DNA from: Erysipelotrichaceae bacterium
Lineage (GTDB): Bacteria > Bacillota_I > Bacilli_A > Erysipelotrichales > Erysipelotrichaceae
DNA: 64,000 bases
Direction: 5' to 3'
Assembly (NCBI GenBank): GCA_036639955.1
Contig: JAVWHP010000006.1
Location: 23,328-87,327 of the forward strand
The notes under the pieces were generated by a model, which was not told where the DNA came from, searched no databases, and was given only the letters and a program-made list of their open reading frames with translations. Of the stretch, positions 37,262-46,322 are shown in pieces. Position 1 is the first letter of the stretch. Every line of letters starts with the position of its first letter. The position numbers were made by a program, and so were the translations under genes.

Positions 37262-38050
37262 TTATATAATATGATATTCCTTAAGTATCTTATATATACC
37301 ATCTTCATTTATAGGCAAACACACCTTCCATGCACAAGCCTTTAAATCTTCATTAGCATTACCCATAGCAACTCCATAGCCTACACTAGTTAACATTGGG
37401 ATATCATTATAACCATCACCAAAAGCAAAACAATCATTCATACTAAGATTCCATCGCTTAAGAACCATCTCAATACCTAGATGTTTACCAGCTTTTGTAT
37501 TTAATATTTCTAAACAATCCTGAAGATCTAAGAAAGAATTATTATTGAGTAATTTAGCAATATCAGCCTTCTCTTTACGAGTATGAGTATATGCTAATAA
37601 ATTATAAATATCACCACCAGTATAATTTCTAACAGTAGGACTAAATAAATAAAGTTTAAAAAAGATATCCTTAACATATTGTTCAACATTAGGCATAAAA
37701 TATACTGTATCTTTAAAAGTATATCTTAAAGATATATTATGAATACTACAATATTCTATAACAGCTTTAATATCAGCATTAGATACTGGTAGTTCATCAA
37801 CAATTTCACCATCTATTCTTATGATCGAACCTCCATCACTAATTAAAGCATCATAATCAAAGTTAAAGAAAAAAGGTGGTAAGTTCTTCATTTCATAAAT
37901 ATTTCTACCGGTAACAAAGCAAACTTTATAGCCTATACGTTTTAGTTCAGTAAGAGCTATTTGGGTAGACAAAGATATTTCATGATTATAATGATCATAA
38001 GTTGTACCATCAATATCAAAAAAAATCGCTTTAATATTTATTTTTTCCAT
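37262..38050 (-). CDS. HAD-IIB family phosphatase
   Basis: FFDIDGTT and GDGYNDIPM motifs. The ATG at 38050 follows GAGGA and lies immediately after the nagA terminator U-run, so expression may depend on read-through. Confidence 0.75.
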   Translation of the reverse strand: MEKINIKAIFFDIDGTTYDHYNHEISLSTQIALTELKRIGYKVCFVTGRNIYEMKNLPPFFFNFDYDALISDGGSIIRIDGEIVDELPVSNADIKAVIEYCSIHNISLRYTFKDTVYFMPNVEQYVKDIFFKLYLFSPTVRNYTGGDIYNLLAYTHTRKEKADIAKLLNNNSFLDLQDCLEILNTKAGKHLGIEMVLKRWNLSMNDCFAFGDGYNDIPMLTSVGYGVAMGNANEDLKACAWKVCLPINEDGIYKILKEYHII

Positions 38051-38060
38051 ATTTATCCTC

Positions 38061-38083
38061 AAAAAAAGGGGAATACTCCCCTT
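38061..38083 (-). terminator. Hairpin/terminator between nagA and the HAD gene
   Basis: AAGGGGA-atac-TCCCCTT hairpin with a 7-nt A-run on the plus strand, which is a U-run on the minus transcript. Confidence 0.7.
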
Positions 38084-38098
38084 TACCTTCTATAATGT

Positions 38099-39241
38099 TT
38101 ATTTACAAGTAATACCCTTTACAAATGTTTGCTCAACACTGTAATCATCATTAAGAACAACCATATCAGCATCAAATCCACTAACCAATTTACCTTTACG
38201 GTTATCTACTTTTAATAAACGAGCAGGATTTATAGTACAAGAATTTAAAGCAGCATCAAATGGTATCATAGCTTCTTCAACTAAAATTCTTAAACCTTCA
38301 TTTAATTTTAAAGTAGAACCTGCTAATGAATGACCTTCACTTGTTAGATGTGCACTACCATCATCATAAATTTCAATATCTAAACCACCAGATTTGTAAA
38401 AGCCTTTAGGTAAACCTTTAGCTCTTAAAGAATCAGAAATCATAATAGTATAATCTCTCCCTTTAGCAGTAAATAAATTATTCAAAGAGTTAACATTAGA
38501 ATGACAGCCATCACAAATAACTTCACCAAATATATCTCTAAAACGTAAAGCCCCACCAACTAAACCAGGGTCTCTATGATGGAAAGGAGTCATACCATTA
38601 AACACGTGTGTCATACTAGTTGCACCATTAGCAACACCTAATAAAGCCTCTTCATAAGTGGCTGCTGAATGTCCCATACTAACAACTACACCATTTTCAG
38701 AAGCATATTTAGTTAACTCGTGATTAATATCCTTTTCAACAGCCATAGTAATGATTTTAATTAAACCATTAGCTGCTTCTTGATAACTCTTGAATTGGCT
38801 AACACTAGGAACAGCTATAAATTCTTCTGGCTGAGCTCCCTTATATTTAAGATCTAAATAAGGCCCTTCAAAATGAACACCAAGAATTTCAGCACCATCA
38901 TAACCAGACTTAACAACATTAGCAACATTCTTTAAAGCATTAGATAAAACAGCAACTGACTGTGTAATAGTAGTTGGGCAAACGCTTGTAACACCCTCAT
39001 CGCTAGGAATGCCCTTAATCCATTTTCTTAAACCAGCTTCATCTCCATCATTAGTATCAAAACCATAAGCACCATGAGTATGTATATCAATAAAACCTGG
39101 AATAATTCTTTTAGTCCCATAGTCAATATCAACTTTTTCTTTACCATAATCTAAAACACTAAGGATAACTCCATTTTCAATCACTAATTGAGCAGCAATA
39201 AACTGTGTAGCTACCCAAACTCTTTTACTTTGTATAATCAT
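38099..39241 (-). CDS. nagA: N-acetylglucosamine-6-phosphate deacetylase
   Basis: 380 aa with PGFIDIHTHG and HxFNGM (MTHVFNGM) motifs. Confidence 0.92.
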   Translation of the reverse strand: MIIQSKRVWVATQFIAAQLVIENGVILSVLDYGKEKVDIDYGTKRIIPGFIDIHTHGAYGFDTNDGDEAGLRKWIKGIPSDEGVTSVCPTTITQSVAVLSNALKNVANVVKSGYDGAEILGVHFEGPYLDLKYKGAQPEEFIAVPSVSQFKSYQEAANGLIKIITMAVEKDINHELTKYASENGVVVSMGHSAATYEEALLGVANGATSMTHVFNGMTPFHHRDPGLVGGALRFRDIFGEVICDGCHSNVNSLNNLFTAKGRDYTIMISDSLRAKGLPKGFYKSGGLDIEIYDDGSAHLTSEGHSLAGSTLKLNEGLRILVEEAMIPFDAALNSCTINPARLLKVDNRKGKLVSGFDADMVVLNDDYSVEQTFVKGITCK

Positions 39242-39423
39242 ATATAATTACCTCCTGTAAGTGCCTATATTATACTACAACTAACATTTTTTTTAAACTA
39301 TTCTACCTTTAAAGTATGTATTAAATTATATTTATTATACTTATAATTAACTTTCAGTAATAATATTAGACATTTGTTCTAATATGATACATAATAAAGA
39401 AAGATATATAGGAGGAAACACTT

Positions 39424-40623
39424 ATGAAACAAGCAATAAAAATTTGTAACAATGTTTACTGGGTTGGTGTACATGATTTTAATTTAAGAAATTTTCATGG
39501 TTCTTTATTCCCTATTCAAGATGGTACTTCTTATAACGCATATTTAATAGTAGATAAAGAAATCACTTTAATTGATACTGTAGAAGAAGAATTCATGGAT
39601 ATTATGTTAGAAAGAATTAGAAGTGTTATTAAAAATCAAGCAATTGATAATGTAATAGTTCAACATGCAGAGCCTGATCATTCAAGTGGATTTATACGTT
39701 TTATGAAAGAATATCCAAATGCTAAAGCTTTTGCTAGTAATGCTGGAATTAATATTATGATGAAGCAATATTTTAATGATTATCATTATCTCAAATTAAA
39801 AACTAATGATAAACTATGTACAGGTAAGTACACATTATCTTTTATAGAAATGTCGATGATACATTGGCCAGATAATATGATGACTTATTTAGAAGAAGAA
39901 CAAATATTATTTTCTAATGATGCTTTTGGACAGCACATTGCTAGTTATGATATATTTGACCGTTATCATAGTTTTGATAAACTAATGGACCGCACTAAAG
40001 ATTATTATGCTAATATACTTATGCAAGCTAATAAAGTCATATCTAATAAACTTAGTGAAATTAGCAAATTGAATTTATCACTTAAATTTATAGCTCCTGC
40101 TCATGGTGTTATTTGGGTAGATCATATTGAAGCAGTATTAGATGCTTATTCAAGTTATGCTAATTGTCAAAATGTAAATAAAGCAGTAATTGTTTATGAT
40201 AGTGTATGGAATCATACGCGTTCAATTGCTGAGGCTTTTGGTGAAGGACTTGGTCGTAATGGTATTTGTGTAAAAGTTTATAAGGTTTCTGAAACAAGTA
40301 ATGCTTTAATCTTTAAAGAAATTTTAGATGCTAAAGCTGTATTTGTAGGTAGTGGAACCTACAATAATTCAGTATCACCTGAAATTGCCGGTTTCTTAGC
40401 ACACCTATCTACTTTAAAAATCACGAATAAAATTGGGTTTGCTTTTGGTAGTTATGGCTGGTATAATCAAGCCTGTAAAAATATGTCTGAACAACTTGCG
40501 ACTTCTGGAATAACTTTATATGGAGAAGGTTCACTTAATGTGAATTATGCGCCTACAGAAGATGATCTTGATAACATTGTAGAATTAGGTGCTTCTCTGT
40601 CAGATGTAATAAAAAATATGTAA
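39424..40623 (+). CDS. Flavodiiron protein (type A flavoprotein, O2/NO reductase)
   Basis: Metallo-beta-lactamase-like di-iron domain (HAEPDHSSG) plus a C-terminal flavodoxin domain; 399 aa. Confidence 0.88.
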   Translation: MKQAIKICNNVYWVGVHDFNLRNFHGSLFPIQDGTSYNAYLIVDKEITLIDTVEEEFMDIMLERIRSVIKNQAIDNVIVQHAEPDHSSGFIRFMKEYPNAKAFASNAGINIMMKQYFNDYHYLKLKTNDKLCTGKYTLSFIEMSMIHWPDNMMTYLEEEQILFSNDAFGQHIASYDIFDRYHSFDKLMDRTKDYYANILMQANKVISNKLSEISKLNLSLKFIAPAHGVIWVDHIEAVLDAYSSYANCQNVNKAVIVYDSVWNHTRSIAEAFGEGLGRNGICVKVYKVSETSNALIFKEILDAKAVFVGSGTYNNSVSPEIAGFLAHLSTLKITNKIGFAFGSYGWYNQACKNMSEQLATSGITLYGEGSLNVNYAPTEDDLDNIVELGASLSDVIKNM

Positions 40624-40630
40624 TACAATA

Positions 40631-40659
40631 AAGTAAGTGCAAATTGCATTTACTTTTTC
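40631..40659 (+). terminator. Terminator of the flavodiiron gene
   Basis: AAGTAAGTGCA-aat-TGCATTTACTT hairpin (one G-U pair) followed by TTTTT. Confidence 0.8.
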
Positions 40660-40701
40660 ATAATTAAATATTCGCAACATCCTTTAATCTTCTAACGCAA
40701 T

Positions 40702-40880
40702 AAAAAAAGATAGACAATGTCTATCTGATTTACTAAATTAAGATGTGAGATTTCGGGAAAGGGTATAAGCAATCTCTTAATTTAGTGTGCATGTATATGC
40801 TAGATGTTTGCTTACTCACACATTATACATGATTATTCTAAATAGCGATAGGCATTTTTTGAAAATAATTTCAAATTATG
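40702..40880. ncRNA. Candidate stand-alone small RNA locus (strand unresolved)
   Basis: About 180 nt of ORF-free DNA bracketed by two terminator-like hairpins (40702-40726 and 40881-40916). It contains a long hairpin: CTAAATTAAG...GAGATT-18 nt loop-AATCTC...CTTAATTTAG (40733-40785). A TAGACA-17-TAAATT promoter-like pair sits on the plus strand. Confidence 0.3.
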
Positions 40881-40916
40881 AAAAACAGTATACTTTAAAT
40901 TTAAGTATACTGTTTT
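40881..40916 (-). terminator. Terminator downstream of the lysine-rich protein gene
   Basis: AACAGTATACTT-taaattt-AAGTATACTGTT, a 12-bp stem with a U-run on the minus transcript. Confidence 0.7.
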
Positions 40917-41016
40917 CATATAGATTTATCGATTCTAACTTAATCATTATATTATTGACTTTCTAATGTTCCACTCATATATAATGCTATAAGTATTATT
41001 TATTTCCGTTACTAAT

Positions 41017-41628
41017 TTAATTCTTTTTCGTGAAGTTAAATATTTTGTTTATTAATCTTATCAACTTATTTTTTGGTGCTTCATCAACCTTTGGTTCTAT
41101 AGAAATTTCTTTTTCAACTACTTCCTTGGTTACTGTTTTTGTTGCCGCTACTTTAGTTACAGGTTTTTTCACTGCTTTTTTAGTAGCTGGTTTCGTTACA
41201 GTTTTTGATACCTTACTAGTTTTTATATCATTTGATTCTTTACCTTCAGCAATTTTCTTAGTTTCGTCTTTCAATTTGGCTTTTGGTTTAGTTTCCTTTT
41301 TAGCCGTTTCCTTAGTAACTACTTTTTTTACATTTGTCTTTGGAGTTACTTTTTCTTTTACATCAGTTTTTTCTTTTTTCACTACTTTAGTAGCAACTGC
41401 TTTTTTAGATACTGTTTTAGTCTTAACTTCTTTTTTTGTTGTTTCCTTAGATTCAGCTACTGATTTATTTGCAGTTTTTTTAGCCTTAGTCTTTGAAGTA
41501 ACTGACTTCTCAACATTACTTTTAGTTGTTTTTGCTACAGCATCCTTTGTCTTAGCTTTTGGCTTCCCTGTTGCTGTTCCAGTACTATTCTTCAAATCTT
41601 TTATAACTTCTTTATCAACCTTGTTCAT
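41017..41628 (-). CDS. Lysine/threonine/valine-rich low-complexity basic protein with C-terminal amphipathic helix
   Basis: 203 aa, with SD AAGGAG 8 nt upstream and its own terminators on both sides. By eye about 30% Lys, with a KLIRLINKIFNFTKKN tail. Confidence 0.7.
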   Translation of the reverse strand: MNKVDKEVIKDLKNSTGTATGKPKAKTKDAVAKTTKSNVEKSVTSKTKAKKTANKSVAESKETTKKEVKTKTVSKKAVATKVVKKEKTDVKEKVTPKTNVKKVVTKETAKKETKPKAKLKDETKKIAEGKESNDIKTSKVSKTVTKPATKKAVKKPVTKVAATKTVTKEVVEKEISIEPKVDEAPKNKLIRLINKIFNFTKKN

Positions 41629-41716
41629 TCCCTAATCTCCTTTTGTTTAAAATTTACACCTGTAAATTCTAACACGAATTATATTAATTCTCAATATTTT
41701 TTATAAATCTTATAGA

Positions 41717-41738
41717 CAAAAAAAGTGCCTAAGCACTT
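41717..41738 (-). terminator. Terminator after the 164-aa hypothetical gene
   Basis: AAGTGC-ctaa-GCACTT hairpin with an 8-nt A-run on the plus strand. Confidence 0.65.
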
Positions 41739-42231
41739 AGAATATTCTTTCAAATAAATTATATTCATAACGATTAAACTTTTCAAATATAAGAAGAATA
41801 TCTTCATCTGAAGTAGCCTTTTTACCTATACCTTTTATAACATCGATATAAAGTCTTAAACTACCTTCATCATAATTCTTTTTCAACCCATGAGTTTCTA
41901 CAGAAACATAACAACTTTCCTTAACTGCTGAACCATTAAGTGTTCCGCTAAAAGTAACATTAAACACACAATAGAATCGATCGTTAAACGTATCAGGTTT
42001 ATTCTTATCTTCAACAGCATAATATTTAGTAATTAATTTTTTATCAATTATTACTCGATCTTCTGACTGAGATAAAACTTCAAGTCCTAATTTGAAAGTA
42101 TACCCCTCATCAATAATTGCTGCAGCACTCATTATAACAATTTCATCACATACACTAGCTGGAATATCAGCAGCACATGTATAAATTTCACTAATTTTAG
42201 CATTACTTTTTGGCTTATCAGGTGTAAACAT
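41737..42231 (-). CDS. Hypothetical protein
   Basis: 164-aa ORF flanked by terminators. No family recognised. Confidence 0.55.
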   Translation of the reverse strand: MFTPDKPKSNAKISEIYTCAADIPASVCDEIVIMSAAAIIDEGYTFKLGLEVLSQSEDRVIIDKKLITKYYAVEDKNKPDTFNDRFYCVFNVTFSGTLNGSAVKESCYVSVETHGLKKNYDEGSLRLYIDVIKGIGKKATSDEDILLIFEKFNRYEYNLFERIF

Positions 42232-42439
42232 TATATCATTCCTTCCATATCATTTTAAAACATTTAATTCATCGTATGCAATAGATAACTCTAATAGCTC
42301 CAACTATATAGTAGCTGTTCAACCTTGTTATTCTAACACACTAGTAAAATGAATACAACACATTAATAATATATTTTACATAAAGAGTAAAAATTTTACA
42401 TATATCATAAATATACATAAATAGCCTTTTTCAGTAAAT

Positions 42440-42460
42440 AAAAAAGTGCACTAGGCACTT
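42440..42460 (-). terminator. Terminator after the nucleotidyltransferase gene
   Basis: AAGTGC-actag-GCACTT hairpin with a plus-strand A-run. Confidence 0.65.
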
Positions 42461-42466
42461 AATTCT

Positions 42467-43372
42467 TTATTTAAATAAATCTTTAGGATAACAACCATCA
42501 TTAATAAGTTTAGCAATACCTGCCTTAACTTTAGGTTTGTCTTCTTGATATGTAACTCCATACCATTTATCAGTAGAACTCATCATCTTAACATTAACAA
42601 TTCCTTTAGTTAATAATTCGCCCACAATACCTGGAATAAAACATTCAGATTTTAATGGATTACTAGGAACAGTAGTCTTTAAGAATTCAGGGAACATCTT
42701 TTCAATATGTTTTAAAATACTAGGATTAAAAGCCCACATATTCATTGATACTAAAGTTTTAGAATCTATGTCATGCCATTCTTCATTTTCAAGATATTGA
42801 ATACCATTTTCATGTTTTTCAATTTTAGTTCTTTCAATAACATTAGCAAGTTTACCATCTTTAACAACACAACAACCTCTAGCAACACTTCCCGCTTCAG
42901 TTACAGTATTTTCAAGAACATAACCTACCATACCATATTGATTTTCATCAGTATTAGTAGTTAAGAAATCATATAAAGTTTTAAAACAAGCTTGACCATA
43001 ATAATCATCAGAATTAATAACAGCAAAAGGGCCATCAAGAACATCTTTACAACAAAGTAAAGCTTGAGCAGTACCCCAAGGTTTAACTCTACCCTCAGGA
43101 ATACTAAATCCTTCAGGAATATTAGTTAAATCCTGGAATACATATTCTACATCAATAACTTTAGAAATTTTATTACCAATAGCTTCTTTAAAATCAGCTT
43201 CAATTTCATGTTTTATAATAAATACAATCTTTCCAAATCCTGCTTTAATAGCATCATAAATACTTAATTCAATAATGATTTCTCCATTAGGACCAATCTT
43301 ATCAATTTGCTTTAATCCACCATAACGACTGCCCATTCCGGCAGCTAATATTACTAGTGTTGGTTTATTCAT
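42467..43372 (-). CDS. Sugar-phosphate nucleotidyltransferase-fold protein
   Basis: N-terminal LVILAAGMGSRYGGLKQ (GxGxR signature of NTP-transferases); 301 aa. Confidence 0.75.
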   Translation of the reverse strand: MNKPTLVILAAGMGSRYGGLKQIDKIGPNGEIIIELSIYDAIKAGFGKIVFIIKHEIEADFKEAIGNKISKVIDVEYVFQDLTNIPEGFSIPEGRVKPWGTAQALLCCKDVLDGPFAVINSDDYYGQACFKTLYDFLTTNTDENQYGMVGYVLENTVTEAGSVARGCCVVKDGKLANVIERTKIEKHENGIQYLENEEWHDIDSKTLVSMNMWAFNPSILKHIEKMFPEFLKTTVPSNPLKSECFIPGIVGELLTKGIVNVKMMSSTDKWYGVTYQEDKPKVKAGIAKLINDGCYPKDLFK

Positions 43373-43495
43373 CATTACACCTCTTTCTTGAATATTTTAC
43401 CATAATTAAAATAAAATACAATTCAAAAAAATAATATGTTTATACATTACATAATAATTTTAAGTATTTTAAACACTTAAAAAACTATTGAAACA

Positions 43496-44680
43496 TTATA
43501 ATTTATTAGTAGTTAAACACTTTTTATATAGTAAATCTATTAAGAAAGAACCTAAAGGCGCTGTGATTAAAATACTCATAACTGCTACAGATAATACTAT
43601 ATTACCACAAGCCAATCCCATTGCTAAAGGAATAGATCCAATAGCTGCTTGTACAGTTGCTTTAGGCGTATAAGCTATCATAGTGAATACTTTTTCTGAT
43701 TTATTTAGATTAGTTTTGATTAAACATATAAATACTCCTAGCATTCTAAACATTAGAACACAGAATATCAACATAATAACTTTAATACCTGATGCTAATG
43801 CATATTCAATATTTACACTAGCTCCTACTAAAACAAATAGTAATAATTCAGCACCTACCCAAAGTTTATCGAATTTCTTAGATAAACGTAACGCTACTGG
43901 TTCACGATATTTTTGAATTGCAATACCCATGCTCATTACAGCTAATAGACCTGATATACTAATAATTCCATTAAGAGCATGTTCTAATGAAACAAATAGA
44001 AATGCTATACTCAATATTATAATTACTTTAGAGCTATCTCTCATATGAATAATTTTAAATATTCTACATAGTAATATTCCAGTTACTATCCCTAATATTA
44101 GTCCTAATATAATAGCAATAGGTATATTTAATATAGTTATAGGAGATATACTTCCTCCAGTTGCTAAATTTGTAAAGGCAGTAAATAGCACTATTACAAA
44201 TACGTCATCTACTGATGCTCCAGCTAATATCATTTGAGGTATACTTTTATTATTTCCGTAGCCTTCATCCATTAGTTTTAGCATTTTAGGAACAATTACG
44301 GCAGGAGATACAGCTCCTAGAACCGTGCCCATGATGGCGGCTTCTAGGATAGAAATGTTTAATAGCTTGGGTGCTATAAGGATCATACCTAGTATTTCAA
44401 AACATGCAGGTAAGAAACACATAAGAATAGCTGGTCGTCCTACCTTTAATAAATCTTTAATATCTAGATTAAGTCCAGCTCTAGTTAATATAATTATTAA
44501 AGCTATTTGCCTTAGATCTGCTGAAATATTTAATACTGAAGGATCTATGAGATTTAAAACAAAAGGGCCTAAGATAATTCCACATATTAACATACCTAAC
44601 AGCTTTGGTAACTTCAATTTAATACAAATACTTCCAAGTAACATTCCACATAATAATATTAATGATAAACTAAATAGCAT
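43496..44680 (-). CDS. Cation:proton antiporter (Na+/H+ exchanger family)
   Basis: Polytopic protein. The start was moved to M32 (MLFSLSL), 8 nt after AGGAGG. Confidence 0.8.
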   Translation of the reverse strand: MLFSLSLILLCGMLLGSICIKLKLPKLLGMLICGIILGPFVLNLIDPSVLNISADLRQIALIIILTRAGLNLDIKDLLKVGRPAILMCFLPACFEILGMILIAPKLLNISILEAAIMGTVLGAVSPAVIVPKMLKLMDEGYGNNKSIPQMILAGASVDDVFVIVLFTAFTNLATGGSISPITILNIPIAIILGLILGIVTGILLCRIFKIIHMRDSSKVIIILSIAFLFVSLEHALNGIISISGLLAVMSMGIAIQKYREPVALRLSKKFDKLWVGAELLLFVLVGASVNIEYALASGIKVIMLIFCVLMFRMLGVFICLIKTNLNKSEKVFTMIAYTPKATVQAAIGSIPLAMGLACGNIVLSVAVMSILITAPLGSFLIDLLYKKCLTTNKL

Positions 44681-44851
44681 AATAGCCCTCCTAATGAAAA
44701 AACTAACAACATCTACAATAAAAATCATTGTAGAAGTCATTAGTTTAAGTTGTTTAAACAGTTTAAGTAACACATAAATTTATGTATACTTTGGGAGACG
44801 TTCATTCCCTATGCGTTATTTTAGCATAATATAAAGTATTTGTAAATAATT

Positions 44852-45610
44852 TTATAGTACGTAAGCACCATCAACTGAAAGTATTTCTCCACTTATATAA
44901 GATGCCATATCACTAGCTAAAAACATAAATGCGTTAGCAATATCTTCTGCTTCTCCTAAACGCTTTAAAGGTACTTGGGCTGACATTCCAGCTATTAACT
45001 TTTGGTCTAGTGCCTTTACCATATCTGTAGCAATAATTCCAGGTGCTACTGCATTTACTCTAATACCAAACTTACCAAGTTCTCTTGAAAGAGCTTTTGT
45101 CATACCATTTAGAGCGAACTTACTTGTCGGATATGCCATTCCTGACGGCTGAGCATATAAACTTACAATAGATGAAGTATTTATAATAACTCCTCTACCC
45201 TTTTCTTTCATAAAAGGTACAACCGCATTACTCATACTAAAAGCTGACTTAACATTAATGTCCATAACTTTATTAAATAATTCTTCATCATACATTTCAA
45301 ATGGTTTTGATTCAGATATACCAGCATTATTAATTAATACATCAATACAATTCCACTCCTTAACGATAGTCTCTACTACATTATTAATCTCAGTACGTTC
45401 CAATAAATTAGGACAAAAACCCATTACATTAGACTTAAACTCTGATGGTATATTACTCATTGCTTGATCAACAGTTTCCTGTCTAGAACCAAACATAGCA
45501 ACCTTAGCACCCTGTTCTAAAAACGCTACTACAGTAGAGAAACCAATTCCTCTAGTACCTCCAGTAACTACAACTACCTTATTCTTTAAAGATTCTATTA
45601 CATTAGCCAT
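44852..45610 (-). CDS. SDR-family oxidoreductase (FabG-like)
   Basis: TGGTRGIG cofactor motif and YxxxK (YPTSKFAL). The ATG lies 8 nt after AAGGAGG. Confidence 0.85.
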   Translation of the reverse strand: MANVIESLKNKVVVVTGGTRGIGFSTVVAFLEQGAKVAMFGSRQETVDQAMSNIPSEFKSNVMGFCPNLLERTEINNVVETIVKEWNCIDVLINNAGISESKPFEMYDEELFNKVMDINVKSAFSMSNAVVPFMKEKGRGVIINTSSIVSLYAQPSGMAYPTSKFALNGMTKALSRELGKFGIRVNAVAPGIIATDMVKALDQKLIAGMSAQVPLKRLGEAEDIANAFMFLASDMASYISGEILSVDGAYVL

Positions 45611-45707
45611 CACTATATCCTCCTTAGCTATATATATTATAGCCCATATTATTTAAAACATAAACATCTTTACGAATCTATATTAACTATTTATAATTCA
45701 AAAATTA

Positions 45708-46322
45708 TTAATATCCTAATGATTCATTAACAATTATAACTTTAATACGATTTTTATCAAGTTGAGAAGAAAGTTTAACATAAGCGCGACATATTTTGTT
45801 TGAACTGTTGCAATGCTCACATTTACCGCTAATTGCACAAGGAGTATTACATCCTAAACGCATAGCGTTAGCAGGAGCAACTACATTTTCAAGTCTAGTT
45901 ATAGCAGAAGCTTCATCCTTAACTATTTTGTTTTTACCCACTATTACAAGAACCTGTTTAGGTCCATATAGCATGGCAGCAACACGATTACAACGACCAT
46001 CCATATTGATGATAGATCCATCCATTGTAATTGCATTAGAACTCATTAAATAAGTATCAGAATTAAATGCTTCAGAATAACTATCAGGTCCAAAACGATA
46101 ATTACAATTAATATCATTTAAAAATGTATCGATTGCTAGTTCACGTAAGGTCATTGAACCACCTGAGTAGACGTTGCTACTCTTTGTAATTAAGGTAGAT
46201 AAAAGTGACAATAATTCGGGTCGATTTTTAACAAAGTAGCCTTTGATGTTATGTTCGGCTAAATTTTTAAGTGTTAAATCTATAATAAGTTGTTCCTGTT
46301 TTGCGCAAAATTCATCCATCAT
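45708..46322 (-). CDS. LUD (LutC/YkgG-like, DUF162) domain protein with C-terminal Cys cluster
   Basis: 204 aa with a C-terminal CNTPCAISGKCEHCNSSNKIC cluster. Its start overlaps the stop of the upstream gene (TAATG). Confidence 0.65.
   Translation of the reverse strand: MMDEFCAKQEQLIIDLTLKNLAEHNIKGYFVKNRPELLSLLSTLITKSSNVYSGGSMTLRELAIDTFLNDINCNYRFGPDSYSEAFNSDTYLMSSNAITMDGSIINMDGRCNRVAAMLYGPKQVLVIVGKNKIVKDEASAITRLENVVAPANAMRLGCNTPCAISGKCEHCNSSNKICRAYVKLSSQLDKNRIKVIIVNESLGY

Noticed and set aside
41030-41635. 201-aa plus-strand ORF (F/V/T/L-rich, looks like a polytopic membrane protein) exactly antisense to the lysine-rich gene
   Set aside because: It is a mirror ORF produced by AAA/AAG-rich codons on the other strand. 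It has no SD, while the minus ORF has AAGGAG at 8 nt and correctly oriented terminators on both sides.
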